Source: Fimicolochytrium jonesii (lineage: Eukaryota). Taken from it: a DNA stretch of 64,000 nucleotides. Of this stretch, positions 1 to 10,990 are shown piece by piece. Every line of letters begins with the position of its first letter. Within the stretch, counting starts at the first letter, position 1. The notes beneath the pieces are model-generated. The model did not search any database and was not told where the DNA came from. It saw only the letters and a list, made by a program, of their open reading frames with translations. The translations under genes were made by a program, and so were the position numbers. Where the stretch lies: positions 806,001 through 870,000 of the forward strand of contig NW_026515673.1 of the NCBI RefSeq assembly GCF_025526975.1. The letters are read 5' to 3'.

Positions 1-2911
1 TGACATGGTGCCAGATCAGATCTGCAGTTGACTCAGCGGTGGCAGTTTTCCTGCACGGTACAAAGTGCGCCATCTTGGTGAACCGGCAGATGACAACGAG
101 CACAGAATCAACCCCATCACTGGCGGGTAGATGCGTGATGAAGTCCATGGAAATTGACCCCCAGGGGCGGTCAGGGACCTGCAGGGGTTGAAGGAGTCCG
201 TAGGGCTTGTGTCTGCTGGTCTTGGCTTGAGCACATACGTCGCAGGACCTGATGTAGGACTCGACAAAACGCCACTGGCTAGGCCACCAGTAGTTGCGTG
301 AGATGAGCTCCAGGGTCTTTGACATGCCGTAGTGTCCTGCCAAACGCGTGTCATGCATGTCCCGGCAGATCTCAGCACGGAGCTTGTTGGTGGGGACGTA
401 GACAAGGTTGTCGTACAGCAGAACCCCATTTTCCTCGGAGAATCGCTTTATCCGTTCTTGGTCTTCTTGAGATTGCTGGGCAATGGGGGCCCTAAGCTGT
501 CGCCGGATGGTTTGCGCAAACACGTCAGATGCCAGGGCAGCTTTGATTTGGTCAAGGAGCGAGGAGTCCAGTGGGGTCAGATAAGTGGCGGCCAGGCGGA
601 GGTGGTCAGGGGTGAGGATCGTGGTTTCCTGGGAGCGGAATGCTTCTTCCCCCTCCCTTAGCTCGTATTCAGAGCGACGAGAGAGGGCGTCAGCTTGGTG
701 TTGCTGGGTACCAGGGCGGTATGTGCTGACAAAGTCGAAATCAGCAAAGAAGATTGACCAGCGGGATTGGCGGCGGTTGAGGGTACGGGTAGTCATGAAG
801 TACTGGAGGTTCTTGTGGTCACAGTAAACGACGACCTTGTGGCGGGCACCAATGAGGTGGTGTCGCCATTGAGCAAATGAGTCTTGGATAGCCAGGAGTT
901 CCTTGTCGTAAATCTCATAGTTGATTTCCTCAGGAGTAAATTTGCGGGAGTGAAAGGCCACGGGGTGGAGTTGATCTGTGTCGTCGGGTTGAAGGAGGAC
1001 GGCGCCAAGGGCAAAGTCGGAGGCATCGGATTCGACAATGAAGGGCTTGTCAGGGTCAGGGTGAGTCAGGATAGGTGCGGAGGTGAAGGCTTTCTTGAGG
1101 GTTTCAAAAGCTAGGTGTGCAGCGTGGGTCCATTTGAATGGCAAGTCTTTGCGAGTGAGCGTGGTCAGGGGTGCAACGATCGCAGAGTACCCTTTGATGA
1201 ATCGCCGGTAGAAGTTGGCAAAACCAAGGAAGCGCTGGATGCCTTTGACATTCGTCGGGGGTTCCCATTCGGTAATGGCAGCCGTCTTCTTTGGGTCCAT
1301 GGAAATGCCTTGCTGGGAGATGATAAACCCCAGGAACTCAACAGAGTCACGGTTGAATTCGCATTTTTCCGGTTTCGCATACAGCCCGTGCTGGCGGAGC
1401 CGTGAGAGCACCTCTCGGACGTGGTTGGGGTGGTCTTCTGGGTTTTTTGAGAAGATCAGAATGTCGTCAAGGTAGACCACAACAAAAAAGTCGAGAATGT
1501 CACGGAATATGTCGTTCATGAGGTGTTGGAATACTCCAGGGGCATTGGTGAGCCCAAACGGCATGACATTATACTCGAATAGGCCGTAGCGACATCGGAA
1601 CGCTGTCTTCCATTCATCCCCTGGCCGGATCCGAAGAAGGTTGTAGGCTCCCCGGAGGTCAATCTTGGTGAGCCTGCGTGCCCCTCGAAGACGATCCATG
1701 ATGCTGTTAATCAAGGGCAAGGGATAGCGATTCTTGATGGTGATATTGTTGAGTCCACGATAGTTGACGCACAGACGGAGGGAACCGTCCTTTTTCTTGA
1801 CAAAGAGGACTGGGGCACCGGCGGGAGACTTGGAGTGCTTGATGAACCCCTTAGCTAGGTTCTCTTCAAGGTAGTCACAGAGTGCCTGCATTTCAGGCTC
1901 GCTGAGACTATAGATCGGGCCGAACGGTGGCTGTTTGCCCTCTTCTAAGTCGATGGGACAGCCGTAGGGTCGGTGCTCTGGGAGGGTATCCGCGTTCTTC
2001 CTGGCGAAGACGTCCGCAAAATCTTGGTATTCTTCAGGAATGATGGCCTTCGGATCTTTTGGAGGAGTGGTCGCCAGGGCTTGGGAATCTGACTTGGTCG
2101 GATTGGCGTAGGCAATGAATGCCTGGTCATGCCTTGCCGCCACACGGAAAGCTGGGGCGCTGATAAACGATACGTGGATCGGTGTGGGTGCTGGGTCCAG
2201 TGTGTTGGGTGTCTGGGCTAGGGAGACTGAAATCTCGTCTTGATGGATACGGATCAGAGGTTCAGGGGTTCTTGAGGGCTTTGGGCTAGGTTCTGTTGGC
2301 AGGGCATCCCAGGAGGCGTATTGTCCAAAACCGCAATGGCAGCGGAAGCAAAGAGTGCGAGTCTTCCAGTGTAGCTCCACATCATGGAGCTCAAACCAGG
2401 GAAGCCCCAGGATGATTGGCGCATGCGGGGAACATGTCACATGGAATACCACCTCCTCAAAATGGTCGTTGACCCACATGCCCAAAGGTTGGGTGTGATG
2501 GGTAATGGAGCCCGCATGGCTGGGACGTCCGTCAACCAGTTCAAGCGCAATGGGGTCCTCCTTCTTGACAAGTGGGATGCGGGGCTTGCGGGCATAGCTT
2601 TCGTCGATGAAGCACGACATCGCACCGGTGTCAAGTAGTGCTGAAAGCTGAACTGGAGCTCGCTGGGCCGATATCTGCAGGGTAACAGGGTACTCGAATG
2701 GTGAGGATGGGCCCAAAATCCGCATGGGTGAGGGTATCTCAGATAGGAGATTGACATTGTTGGTGGTCAGGAGAAGGGTGTTGCTGGAGATGCCAGGATC
2801 GGAGCAAGGTTTTGTGGCTTCTCCCTTGGCAGTACTTGCGTGGTGAGAAGGCCCAGGACAGGTGTTGCCCAGCTGCTCGGCCTTTACTGCAGCTGGACTT
2901 GGGCAAAATCC
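1..2911 (-). CDS. pol: Pol polyprotein of element C (PR-RT-RH-IN, partial), entered by -1 frameshift
   Basis: My translation is open from the GGATTTT site (2905-2911) to the window edge: [61 protein letters not shown]. Missing from the ORF track, probably because it has no stop inside the window. Confidence 0.9.
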
Positions 2912-3811
2912 TGGATGGGTGCAGGTTCCTTAACCGCGACATTCGCCGTGCGTATCTTGTTCGGGCAGAGTTTGGCTATGTGGCCGGGTTTACCACAGTA
3001 GAGGCAAAGTCTGTTTGTGATGCGGTGTTGGCGCTCTAGCGGTGTGAGGGGTCCTCGCGGACGAGCAGCGTCAATGATCATAGGGTCGTCTGGGCGGTTG
3101 TCGGGGCTCATGAGGGTGGGGCTAGTGGTAACTGGCACATATGGCTGTCGGTTCCTGCTTCGCTCTAGACGGCGCTCAAACAATCGGTTGTCACATTGGA
3201 TGGCCTGTTCCATCACGGTGTCGATTGAGGCGGTAGGGGGCATCGTGAGCATTAAGTCCTTGACGTCTTCTTTGAGGCTGCGACGGAAGGTGGCAATCAA
3301 TGCCTGGTCATTCCACGACACATCGCATTGCAGCTGTCGGAATTCAGCTACATACTCTGTTGCTGCACGGGTTTGTCGAAGGTTCTGGAGCTTGTTTTCG
3401 GACGTGCGGATCCTGTCGCTGTCTCCAAAGACTGCTTGCATTTGCTGGATGAAATCATCCAGGTTCGTAAGGGAATGATGGTCTTGTTCGACAAGGGGCG
3501 CCAGCCAGGCCTGGGCGGTGCCAGTGAGGTAGGTGCCAATAGTTCGTATCTTGGTCTGATCGTTGGGGTAGCGCCTGGGTTGGAGGGCGAAACATGAGCC
3601 GGATCTGGTTGAGGAACCCACGGAACTTGCTTCGGGTGCCATCAAATTTGTCTGGGAGACTGATTTTGGGTTCGGGGGCGTGAGTGGCAGGGGCAGTGGT
3701 CTGGGTTTGCGCTAGTTCGGCTTGTAGGGTGGTATTCTGCGCTCGAAGTTCGTCAATCGCATTGCACATGGCTTGCCAGGCTTCGGCCGTGAGGGGAAGG
3801 GCGTCGGACAT
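2884..3811 (-). CDS. gag: Gag of element C with one frameshift near 3590
   Basis: ORFs 3455..3832 and 2884..3645 join at ATG TTT CGC CCT (one extra base compared with element B ATG TTT GCT CTC); PDKFDG motif and CLYCGKPGHIAKLC zinc knuckle. Confidence 0.88.
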
Positions 3812-3862
3812 GGTGATTTGGCGTGGAGGCACAGCGGTTGGGGGTTGTTGAGCAGATCAAAC

Positions 3863-4393
3863 TGTTAAGAATGGGCGGAGCCGACGGAAATAGAGGCGAC
3901 TTGTGGTGCAGGTTGTTGACAGGTAATGGTATTCAGACCGAAACAAGAACTAGAACAAGACTAGGAAGAACTGGTGTTGATCTGCTGGGGGATCAGGAAG
4001 TGGGGAGCTCAGGGGAGGCGGCTATTTATGCTTTTCTGGGAAGGCTGGGGAAGCGTGGGGAAGCAGAAGGGTACGGAATGAGAGGGAAGCCAAGAGAAGC
4101 GCCAAGGGTGGGGGAAGCATAGAAACAGAAGACTGGGGATGGGGTGGCTACGCTGAGGCTGTGGGCGGGTACGTGGGGAAGTATGAAGAAGGGTTTGTAA
4201 GCGCCGAGTGTTGGGAGGTGTGGCTACGTGCGGCTGCGTGGAGAAATGAAGGCAGTGGCAGGTGTGGGGTAGCGCGGCTGCGTGCAGCTGCGAGGTTTGG
4301 CAGATGTCAGGTTTTCACAGGGAATTGACATTGACTGACTGTTGGGATGCTGTCATGAGGTAAGCGCATGGTATGGACGCGTCGTCCATAACA
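3863..4393 (-). repeat. 5' LTR of element C (531 bp)
   Basis: On the minus strand it starts TGTTATGGACGACGCG and ends CTTAACA, followed by GTTTGATCTGCT; start, end and R-region motif match the LTR at 6061-6600. Confidence 0.92.
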
Positions 4394-6027
4394 CCGATGC
4401 CCTCTCCCGACGCTCCGAACATGAGCTAAAAGAGGGGGAAGAAGCGTTCCGCTCCCAGGCAATCACAATTTTGACTCCCGAACGCCTTCGACTCGCCGCG
4501 GCCTACCTCACACCCATGGATACCACGCTGCTTGACAAGATTAAGGCCGCCCAGGCCTCTGATCCCCTCGCTAAGACCATTCGCGAAAAGCTCAAGATAC
4601 CCCTCGCCCAACGAACCGAGGAAACCCAAGATCGTATCAAGCGGTTCTCAGATGAAGATGGGATCCTGCTGCACGATAACCTGGTCTATGTCCCCACCAA
4701 CGAGCTCCGAGCTGAAGTCTGCCACGACATGCACGATACACCCCTAGCCGGGCACTTTGGGATGTCCAAGACGCTCGAACTCGCCTCCCGCAACTACTGG
4801 TGGCCCAGCCAGTGGCGCTTCGTCAAGGCCTACGTCAAGTCCTGCGATACCTGTAGCCAAGCGAAATCCAGTCGACACAAACCATATGGCCTACTCCAGC
4901 CCAACAGTCTCCCTACCCGCCCTTGGGGATCTTGGTCCCTGGACTTTATCACCGGTCTGCCTCCCGTGGACGGGTACGACTCCATCCTGAACGTCAACTG
5001 TCGCCTCACCAAGATGGCCCACTTCATCGCCTGCAGCGAGTCAGAATCCGCCGAATCCACCGCCGACCTAGTCTTCCACAACATCATCCGTCTCCACGGC
5101 CTCCCCGACGACGTCATCTCTGACCGAGGACCCCAGTTTAACTCCCGGTTCTGGCGTCAACTTCTCGAACTCCTTGGGGCAAAAGCCAACCTCTCCACGG
5201 CCTTCCACCCCCAGAGCGATGGCCAGACGGAATGCACCAACCAGATCCTGGAGCAGTATCTCCGATGCTTTTGCAACCACCAACAGGACAACTGGAAACA
5301 GCTTCTGTCGTCCGCCGAGTTTGCCTACAACAACACCCATCAGTCCGCCTCCCAGACCACCCCCTTCTACGCCAACAAGGGTCTCCACCCCCGCTTCAGT
5401 TTCGCGGCCTCTGCTACCTCCGAATCCGTCAACCCCGCCGCTGAAGCCCGCGGTAAACAAATCAGGGAAGTCCATGAACAGCTCGCCCTCGAACTCAAGG
5501 AAGCCCAAGATCAAATGAAGCGTTACGCCGACGCCAAACGAATTCCTGGACCGGACTTCAAGCCTGGCGACCACGTCTGGCTCCTCCGCAAAAACCTCCA
5601 GACAACCCGGCCCTCTCAGAAACTCGACCATCGCAAGATTGGGCCATTCCCCATCGTTGAAAAAATCAATCCCGTCGCCTACCGGCTCAAGCTCCCGCCT
5701 ACATACAAAATCCACGATGTCTTCCATGTCTCCCTCCTCGAACCCCGCTTCACCATCCCCGAACGACACGAACCCGAACCCGCGCCCCCAGAGACCGTTG
5801 AGGGTCAAGAAGAGTGGGTTGTCAAAGCCATCCTTGGCTCTCGCATCCATCGTCGTCGCCTTCAGTACTTGGTCAAATGGCAGGGCTGGCCTGACTCTGA
5901 GAACACCTGGGAGCCCGTGGAACACCTCACCCATACCGACGCACTCCTCCAGGACTTCCACAACGCGTACCCCAACAAGCCTTCCTCTGTCCCCGTAGCA
6001 CCTCCTCTGCGGCCACACCAAACTTGA
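4394..6027 (+). CDS. pol: 3' part of Pol of element A: RNase H tail, integrase, GPY/F motif and chromodomain
   Basis: DALSRR, HHCC (H..PLAGH, CDTC), SLDFITGLP / ISDRGPQF / GQTE, KIGPF, chromodomain EWVVKAIL...YLVKWQGWPDSENTWEP; cut off on the 5' side exactly at the element C LTR. Confidence 0.95.
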
Positions 6028-6046
6028 CGCCGCCGCCGCCGCGGCT

Positions 6047-6058
6047 AAAGAGAGGGGT
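6047..6058 (+). promoter_or_regulatory. Polypurine tract of element A
   Basis: AAAGAGAGGGG just upstream of the LTR TG at 6061. Confidence 0.85.
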
Positions 6059-6060
6059 GA

Positions 6061-6600
6061 TGTTATGGACGACGCGCCCATACCATAAGCTTACCTACTG
6101 ACAGCCGCCAATGTCAACCGCCAAATGTCAAACGCCAATGTCAATGTCAATGTCAGTGTCAATTTCAGTGTCAATGTCAATGTCAATGCCACTCCCCCTC
6201 TCTCCTCTCATTTCGCCAATCCTCCCGCAATATCGCCACTCCTCCCCTCTCCTCTCATTTCGCCAATCCCCCCTCGGCTTCTCCACACCCCCCACTACTT
6301 CCCCATAGCCAGCAGCTGTAGCAATGCTCTCTACGCTCGCCACGCACGCTCTAGGAGCATAGCTGGCGCCCCCCCAGTCCCCTCTTGTTGTTGTTGTTCT
6401 CTGATCTGCTGGGTTGCCTATCTATAAGGTGGCCGGCCTCTCTTCGTCCATTCCCTTCCTCCCCAGCAGATCAACACCAGTTCTTCTCATCTCCTGTTCT
6501 AGTCCTTGTTTCTTGTTTCGCCAATACAACCTCTTGTCGCCTATCACACTCGCCCTGTCTTCTCTACTTCGCTTCCGCCCCCGTCGTCGAGATCATAACA
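6061..6600 (+). repeat. LTR (540 bp) shared by element A (as 3' LTR) and element B (as 5' LTR)
   Basis: TGTTATG...CATAACA 7-bp inverted termini; PPT upstream, PBS-position motif and gag downstream; TATAA at ~6423. Confidence 0.93.
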
Positions 6601-6612
6601 GTTTGATCTGCT
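6601..6612 (+). promoter_or_regulatory. Primer-binding site, probably self-priming (Tf1 type)
   Basis: GTTTGATCTGCT has no TGG start (the tRNA CCA complement); TTGATCTGCT is complementary to AGCAGATCAA at 6465-6474 in the LTR. Confidence 0.75.
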
Positions 6613-6669
6613 CCAACACTGCGAAGTTCAGATCCTGTCCAGCCCTGCATCCGACAAACCTTTTTCGCC

Positions 6670-7668
6670 ATGTCCCAACCCGGATCTGTACCTTTCACCG
6701 CCAAGCAATGGAACGATATGTGCCAAGCCATCGCCGCCTTGGAAAGCCAAAACGCCAACTTGCAGGCCAACCTAGCGCAGGCCCAAGCCGACGCACAAGC
6801 TGCCCAGAGCATCGCCGCCCAGGTTCAAGCTGATACGTACACCCGTCCCCAAGTCGCCAACCCTGCTCTGGAGCCAAGAATCAGCTCGCCCAAGAAGTTT
6901 GATGGTACCCGCAGGAAATCCCGTGGGTGGTTGAACAACATCCGGTTGATGTTTGCTCTCCAGCCCGACCGCTACCCCAGCGACATCATCAAGATCCAAA
7001 CGATTGGCACCTACCTCACCGGCACTGCGCAAGCCTGGATGGCGCCCCTAGTCGAACGCCAAGATCACAGCCTTCAGGACTTTGATAGTTTTATCAGTCA
7101 GATGCAATCGGTCTTCGGAGACAGCGACAGGGTCTGCACCTCTGAAAACAAGCTCCAGAACCTTCGCCAAACCCGTGCAGCAACCGAGTACGTTGCTGAG
7201 TTCCGCCAGCTACAATGCGATGTCTCCTGGAACGACCAGGCCCTGATTGCTACCTTCCGCCGTGGCCTAAAAGAAGACGTCAAAGACCTGATGCTCACAA
7301 TGCCCCCTGCGGCCGCCATTGATGTGTTGATGGAGCAGGCTATCCAGTGCGATAACCGGCTGTTTGAGCGCCGCCTGGAGCGAAACAGAAGCCGCCAGAC
7401 CTTCCCGGTTCCCCATACCTTGTTTACTACTACCACCACTGTCGACCACAGCGAGCCTATGCAGATTGACGCCGCTCGTCCCCGCGGCCCTCTGAGCCCT
7501 CAGGAACGCCAACGCCGCATTTCCAACAACCTCTGCCTCTACTGCGGTGGCGCGGGGCACATTGCAAAAGTCTGCCCCGTCAAGAACAAGACCACCACCC
7601 GTGCCGCCAACGTCGACATCAAAGAACCCTCCACCGAACAGGGTTTTCCCAAAGTCCAGCCGCAGTAA
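6670..7668 (+). CDS. gag: Gag of element B (332 aa)
   Basis: Intact ORF; retrotransposon gag core ([14 protein letters not shown]) and [14 protein letters not shown] knuckle; closely similar to element C gag. Confidence 0.95.
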   Translation: MSQPGSVPFTAKQWNDMCQAIAALESQNANLQANLAQAQADAQAAQSIAAQVQADTYTRPQVANPALEPRISSPKKFDGTRRKSRGWLNNIRLMFALQPDRYPSDIIKIQTIGTYLTGTAQAWMAPLVERQDHSLQDFDSFISQMQSVFGDSDRVCTSENKLQNLRQTRAATEYVAEFRQLQCDVSWNDQALIATFRRGLKEDVKDLMLTMPPAAAIDVLMEQAIQCDNRLFERRLERNRSRQTFPVPHTLFTTTTTVDHSEPMQIDAARPRGPLSPQERQRRISNNLCLYCGGAGHIAKVCPVKNKTTTRAANVDIKEPSTEQGFPKVQPQ

Positions 7669-9119
7669 AGCCCCAGCGACTGGACAACACACACCGCCCC
7701 GGGCCTCCTAACCTCGCAGCTCCTGCAACGGGAGAGGCCACCCCCCTGGTTCCCGACTCCGTTATAGCCGACACAACCCTCCTAGCCGCTGCCCATGTCG
7801 AAAACTCCGAAATTAACCCCCGCGCCATGCTTGCGTTGGGTCCCGTTGAACCCTTCAACTACCCCGTTACCATCATGGTATCATCCAGCCGCGCCCTGAT
7901 ACCTATCTCAGCCATGATCGACAACGGTGCCCTGTCCTGCTTCATCGACAGAGACTTTGCCCGCAAACACCGCATCGCCCTAGTCCCACAGCAGCGTCCA
8001 CTGACGATTGAACTCATTGACGGTCAACTCAGCTCTGCTGGACCAATCACCCATCACACCCAACCAGTAGGCATGTGGGTCGACGACCACTTCGAAGAAC
8101 TCGTCTTCCATGTCACCAAATCACCCCATGCTCCAATCCTCCTTGGTCTCCCCTGGCTCCGCCTCCACGACATTAACCTTGACTTCAAGAACCTTTCGGT
8201 CGGTTTCCGTTGCGACAGTCAGTACCATGAATTCGCGAATTGGGACAACTCTCCAGCACCCCCGAGCCCAGCACCCGCCAGAACCCCCGAGCCCTTGATC
8301 CGCATCCCCCAGGATGAAGTTCCCGTCAACGAAACATGGTCGATTCCAGTACCCAAGGTATCTCGCTCCAGCACCCCAGAACCGGCTCCCACGCCGCTCC
8401 GAGTCTCGTTCATCTCCGCCCCAGCCTTCCGGGTCGCAGCAAGGCATGACCAGGTCTTTGTCGCCTACACCAACCCTGCGAAACCCGATCTCCCGACCTC
8501 GCCTAGCCCCAGTAACCCCCCGACACCCGAGAAAGACATCAAAGACTTCCTGCCCCCCGAGTATCAAGACTTCGCCGACGTTTTCGAAAAGAGAAATGCT
8601 GACACACTCCCCGAGCACCGACCCTACGACTGTCCAATCGATCTGGAAGAAGGCAGGCAGCCACCTTTCGGCCCGATCTACAGCCTCAGCGAACCAGAAA
8701 TGAAGGCACTCTGCGAATACCTCGAAGAAAACCTCGCCAAAGGATTCATCAAACCCTCAAAGTCCCCTGCCGGTGCGCCAGTCTTATTTGTGAAGAAAAA
8801 GGACGGTTCTCTCCGCCTCTGCGTCGATTATCGAGGCCTGAACAGCATCACGGTGAAGAATCGCTACCCCCTGCCCCTGATCAACGGTATCATGGATCGT
8901 TTGCGCGGCGCCCGCCGTCTCACCAAGATCGACCTTCGCGGCGCTTATAACCTCTTACGCATGCGCCCGGGCAATGAATGGAAGACCGCCTTCCGCTGCC
9001 GCTACGGCCTATTCAAATACAATGTCATGCCCTTTGGACTCAGCAATGCTCCTGGCCTCTTCCAGTACCTGATGAACGACATCTTCCGCGACATTCTCGA
9101 TGTGTTTGTTGTCGTCTAA
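7641..9119 (+). pseudogene. pol: Truncated Pol of element B (PR and N-terminal RT)
   Basis: The -1 frame is open from the slippery site at 7641; protease triad reads DNG (element C has DTG); RT ends at FVVV* right before YLDD, where unrelated sequence begins. Confidence 0.92.
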
Positions 9120-10376
9120 AGTCTGCAATCGCTCTAAAGACTCAGCAAGCCCAAGGACGCGCCCGGCAGCAACGACATCCTCCTCCCGCAACAACCGTTC
9201 GACTCGTCTTGCCAGCTTCTCGTTGATTTGAACGGAGGTCCCAAGGCGATTGGAGTCGTTGCCTCTGACGGACGACGTGGTTGCGTGTGCATCCTCAGGC
9301 CCTTGCCAAACGATCTCGACATCGCCATCGCACGCATCAAAGTCCATGTATACGCGATAGTCTGCATTCACAAAGACTCCACCATGACAGGCGAATCCAT
9401 CCGCCTTGCTTTTCAGCTTGCCCGTTGTGTTCGAGACTGGGAACCAGATTCCGTATGTGAGCTTCGATGCGTCGTTATCGCGGTGGAATTTATTGGCAAA
9501 ATCATCCCATGTGGCGGTGATATTGCTGGCAAAGGAGTCGTCTGCAACGAGGTTGCCGAATTCCGCTTGTGAAATGCTTGGCACGCGTGGTTCCTTTGCC
9601 CGCTTTTTGATGCGAGACAAGAGGTAAGGGGAAAGCTTATTGAGGAAGTGGATGTAATGCGCCTCAATGTTTGGTAACTCAGCTTGCAAGGCGGCCCACT
9701 TCTCCCTGCTAACGGAGTCCTTTTTTCGTGGTTGATAGATGCCCATGCGTTTTCCACTATCTGTACCCGCACGCCAGCCAACACCGATCATGGTACCGGA
9801 TATCTGCGCGCCGTTTATCGTCACGGGGTAAGCGAACTGTCGCTGGTGGTGGAGGTGGAGCGCGATCTCCTCGAAACGGGCCCTGTCATCCGTGGACATA
9901 TCCGCAAATGGACAAAACCTTGCCGCAAATACAATCTCATCTGTTTGCCTGTCGGCCACAACAACGATGTCCTTGTAGAGACGGGTGTACGGGTGATCGT
10001 GATCAACTTCCCTGGTATTTTGCTTGAGGAAGTCTTCGTGCGTAAGGTGCTTTCCAAACGGATGCGGGTTGGTTTGCTGCTCAGTCTTTCTTGTTGCCCA
10101 GAATATGTACGCACTGTCGTCGGAACCTATGGCACAAGGCCATACAACAGTTGGTCAGTCGCGTTGGTTGAGACGGGTCTGACAGCATACGTAATGAAAC
10201 GAACCTTGATCAACACTTCTATGCTCAGCTCCAGCCTCAGTATCACCCGCCGTCTTCAATATCCTCCGCATGTTTTCATTCTTTTCTCGCTTGCGCTGTC
10301 GGTTTGCCGCCTTTCCCCTCGCCAGACCGGCTTTGGAACGTCGTCGCGGCTTTGACGTTGATGCTGATTCTGTCAT
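9009..10376 (-). CDS. TET/JBP-like 2OG-Fe(II) dioxygenase (2 exons: 10376-10205, 10126-9009)
   Basis: GTMIGVGWR...G..MGIY N-terminal motif; [21 protein letters not shown] (HxD); EDAHATT (distal His); RLGTSVQI (2OG-binding Arg strand). A GT..CTGAC..TAG intron at 10204-10127 joins a basic N-terminus in frame. Confidence 0.78.
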
Positions 10377-10481
10377 GCTGATTTGCCTGGTGAATGGAAT
10401 ATGTAAATTAGTTGGGGCGGAGTACGTAGGTTGTCGCGGGAGCATGGGGGTGGGTTTGTGACGTAGAATGGCAAACGAATT

Positions 10482-10761
10482 GCGAGGCTGCCCCTTTTCC
10501 GGGCTGTCTCGGGCGATCGCGAGCCGAGAAGGTCGCTAAGCGTATCGCGAGGCTGCCCCTATTCCGGGCTGTCTCGGGCGATGGCGCAAATGGATAGCGT
10601 ATCGCAAGGCTGCCCCTATTCAGGGCTGTCTCGGGCGATCGCGAGTCGAGAAGGTAGCGTATGGCGAGGCTGCCCCTATTCCGAGCTGTCTCGGGCGATC
10701 GCAAGTCGAGAAGGTAGCTTATCGCGAGGCTGCCCCTATTCCGGGCTGTCTCGGGCGATCG
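10482..10761. repeat. Five-unit ~60-bp tandem array with a conserved 37-nt core
   Basis: Core GCGAGGCTGCCCCTATTCCGGGCTGTCTCGGGCGATC starts at 10482, 10547, 10604, 10664 and 10724. Confidence 0.95.
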
Positions 10762-10990
10762 GTTTTGGTAATGTGTACAGCTTCTAATTCTCACCTGTAG
10801 TGTAGGGACTGTTGCCTTGAAGTTGAAGCGGTCGGTAGTAGGGGAATGTCGGCGCTTGCTTTTATACCCGCTCGAAAGGACCCTGAAGAAAAAGTTCACG
10901 CCGCCAGTGCAAAGTGTATCCTTGTGAACGGTTAGAAAACACTGTTAGGAGATGTGTTTGGGCCTTGCCCAACGCGGAAGGGCTGCCCAT

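Larger units (their letters stand above)
1..4393 (-). mobile_element. Ty3/Gypsy LTR retrotransposon (element C): 5' LTR, gag, pol; 3' end runs off the window
   Basis: LTR at 3863-4393, PBS-position motif, gag with CCHC knuckle, and pol with PR (LDTGA), RT (YLDD at 1463-1474), RNase H (ESDASDFALGAVL...ADALSR) and integrase HHCC in Gypsy order. Confidence 0.96.

Noticed and set aside
4342..4393. N-terminus of the 561-aa ORF as a real start
   Set aside because: These bases are the antisense end of element C's LTR; the pol homology begins at 4394
5068..6081. 337-aa minus-strand ORF, and similar long shadow ORFs (15808..16611, 36634..37656, 39871..40707)
   Set aside because: Antisense shadows of GC-rich, skewed coding regions with no recognisable domain
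1..9118. RIP as the cause of TE mutations
   Set aside because: The elements remain GC-rich with long open frames, and the changes I traced are sparse and at CpG, not dense CpA-to-TpA
10482..10761. CRISPR-like repeat-spacer reading of the 60-bp array
   Set aside because: The linkers are homologous to each other (GCGAG.CGAGAAGGT..CGTATC), there are no cas genes, and the context is eukaryotic; it is a tandem repeat
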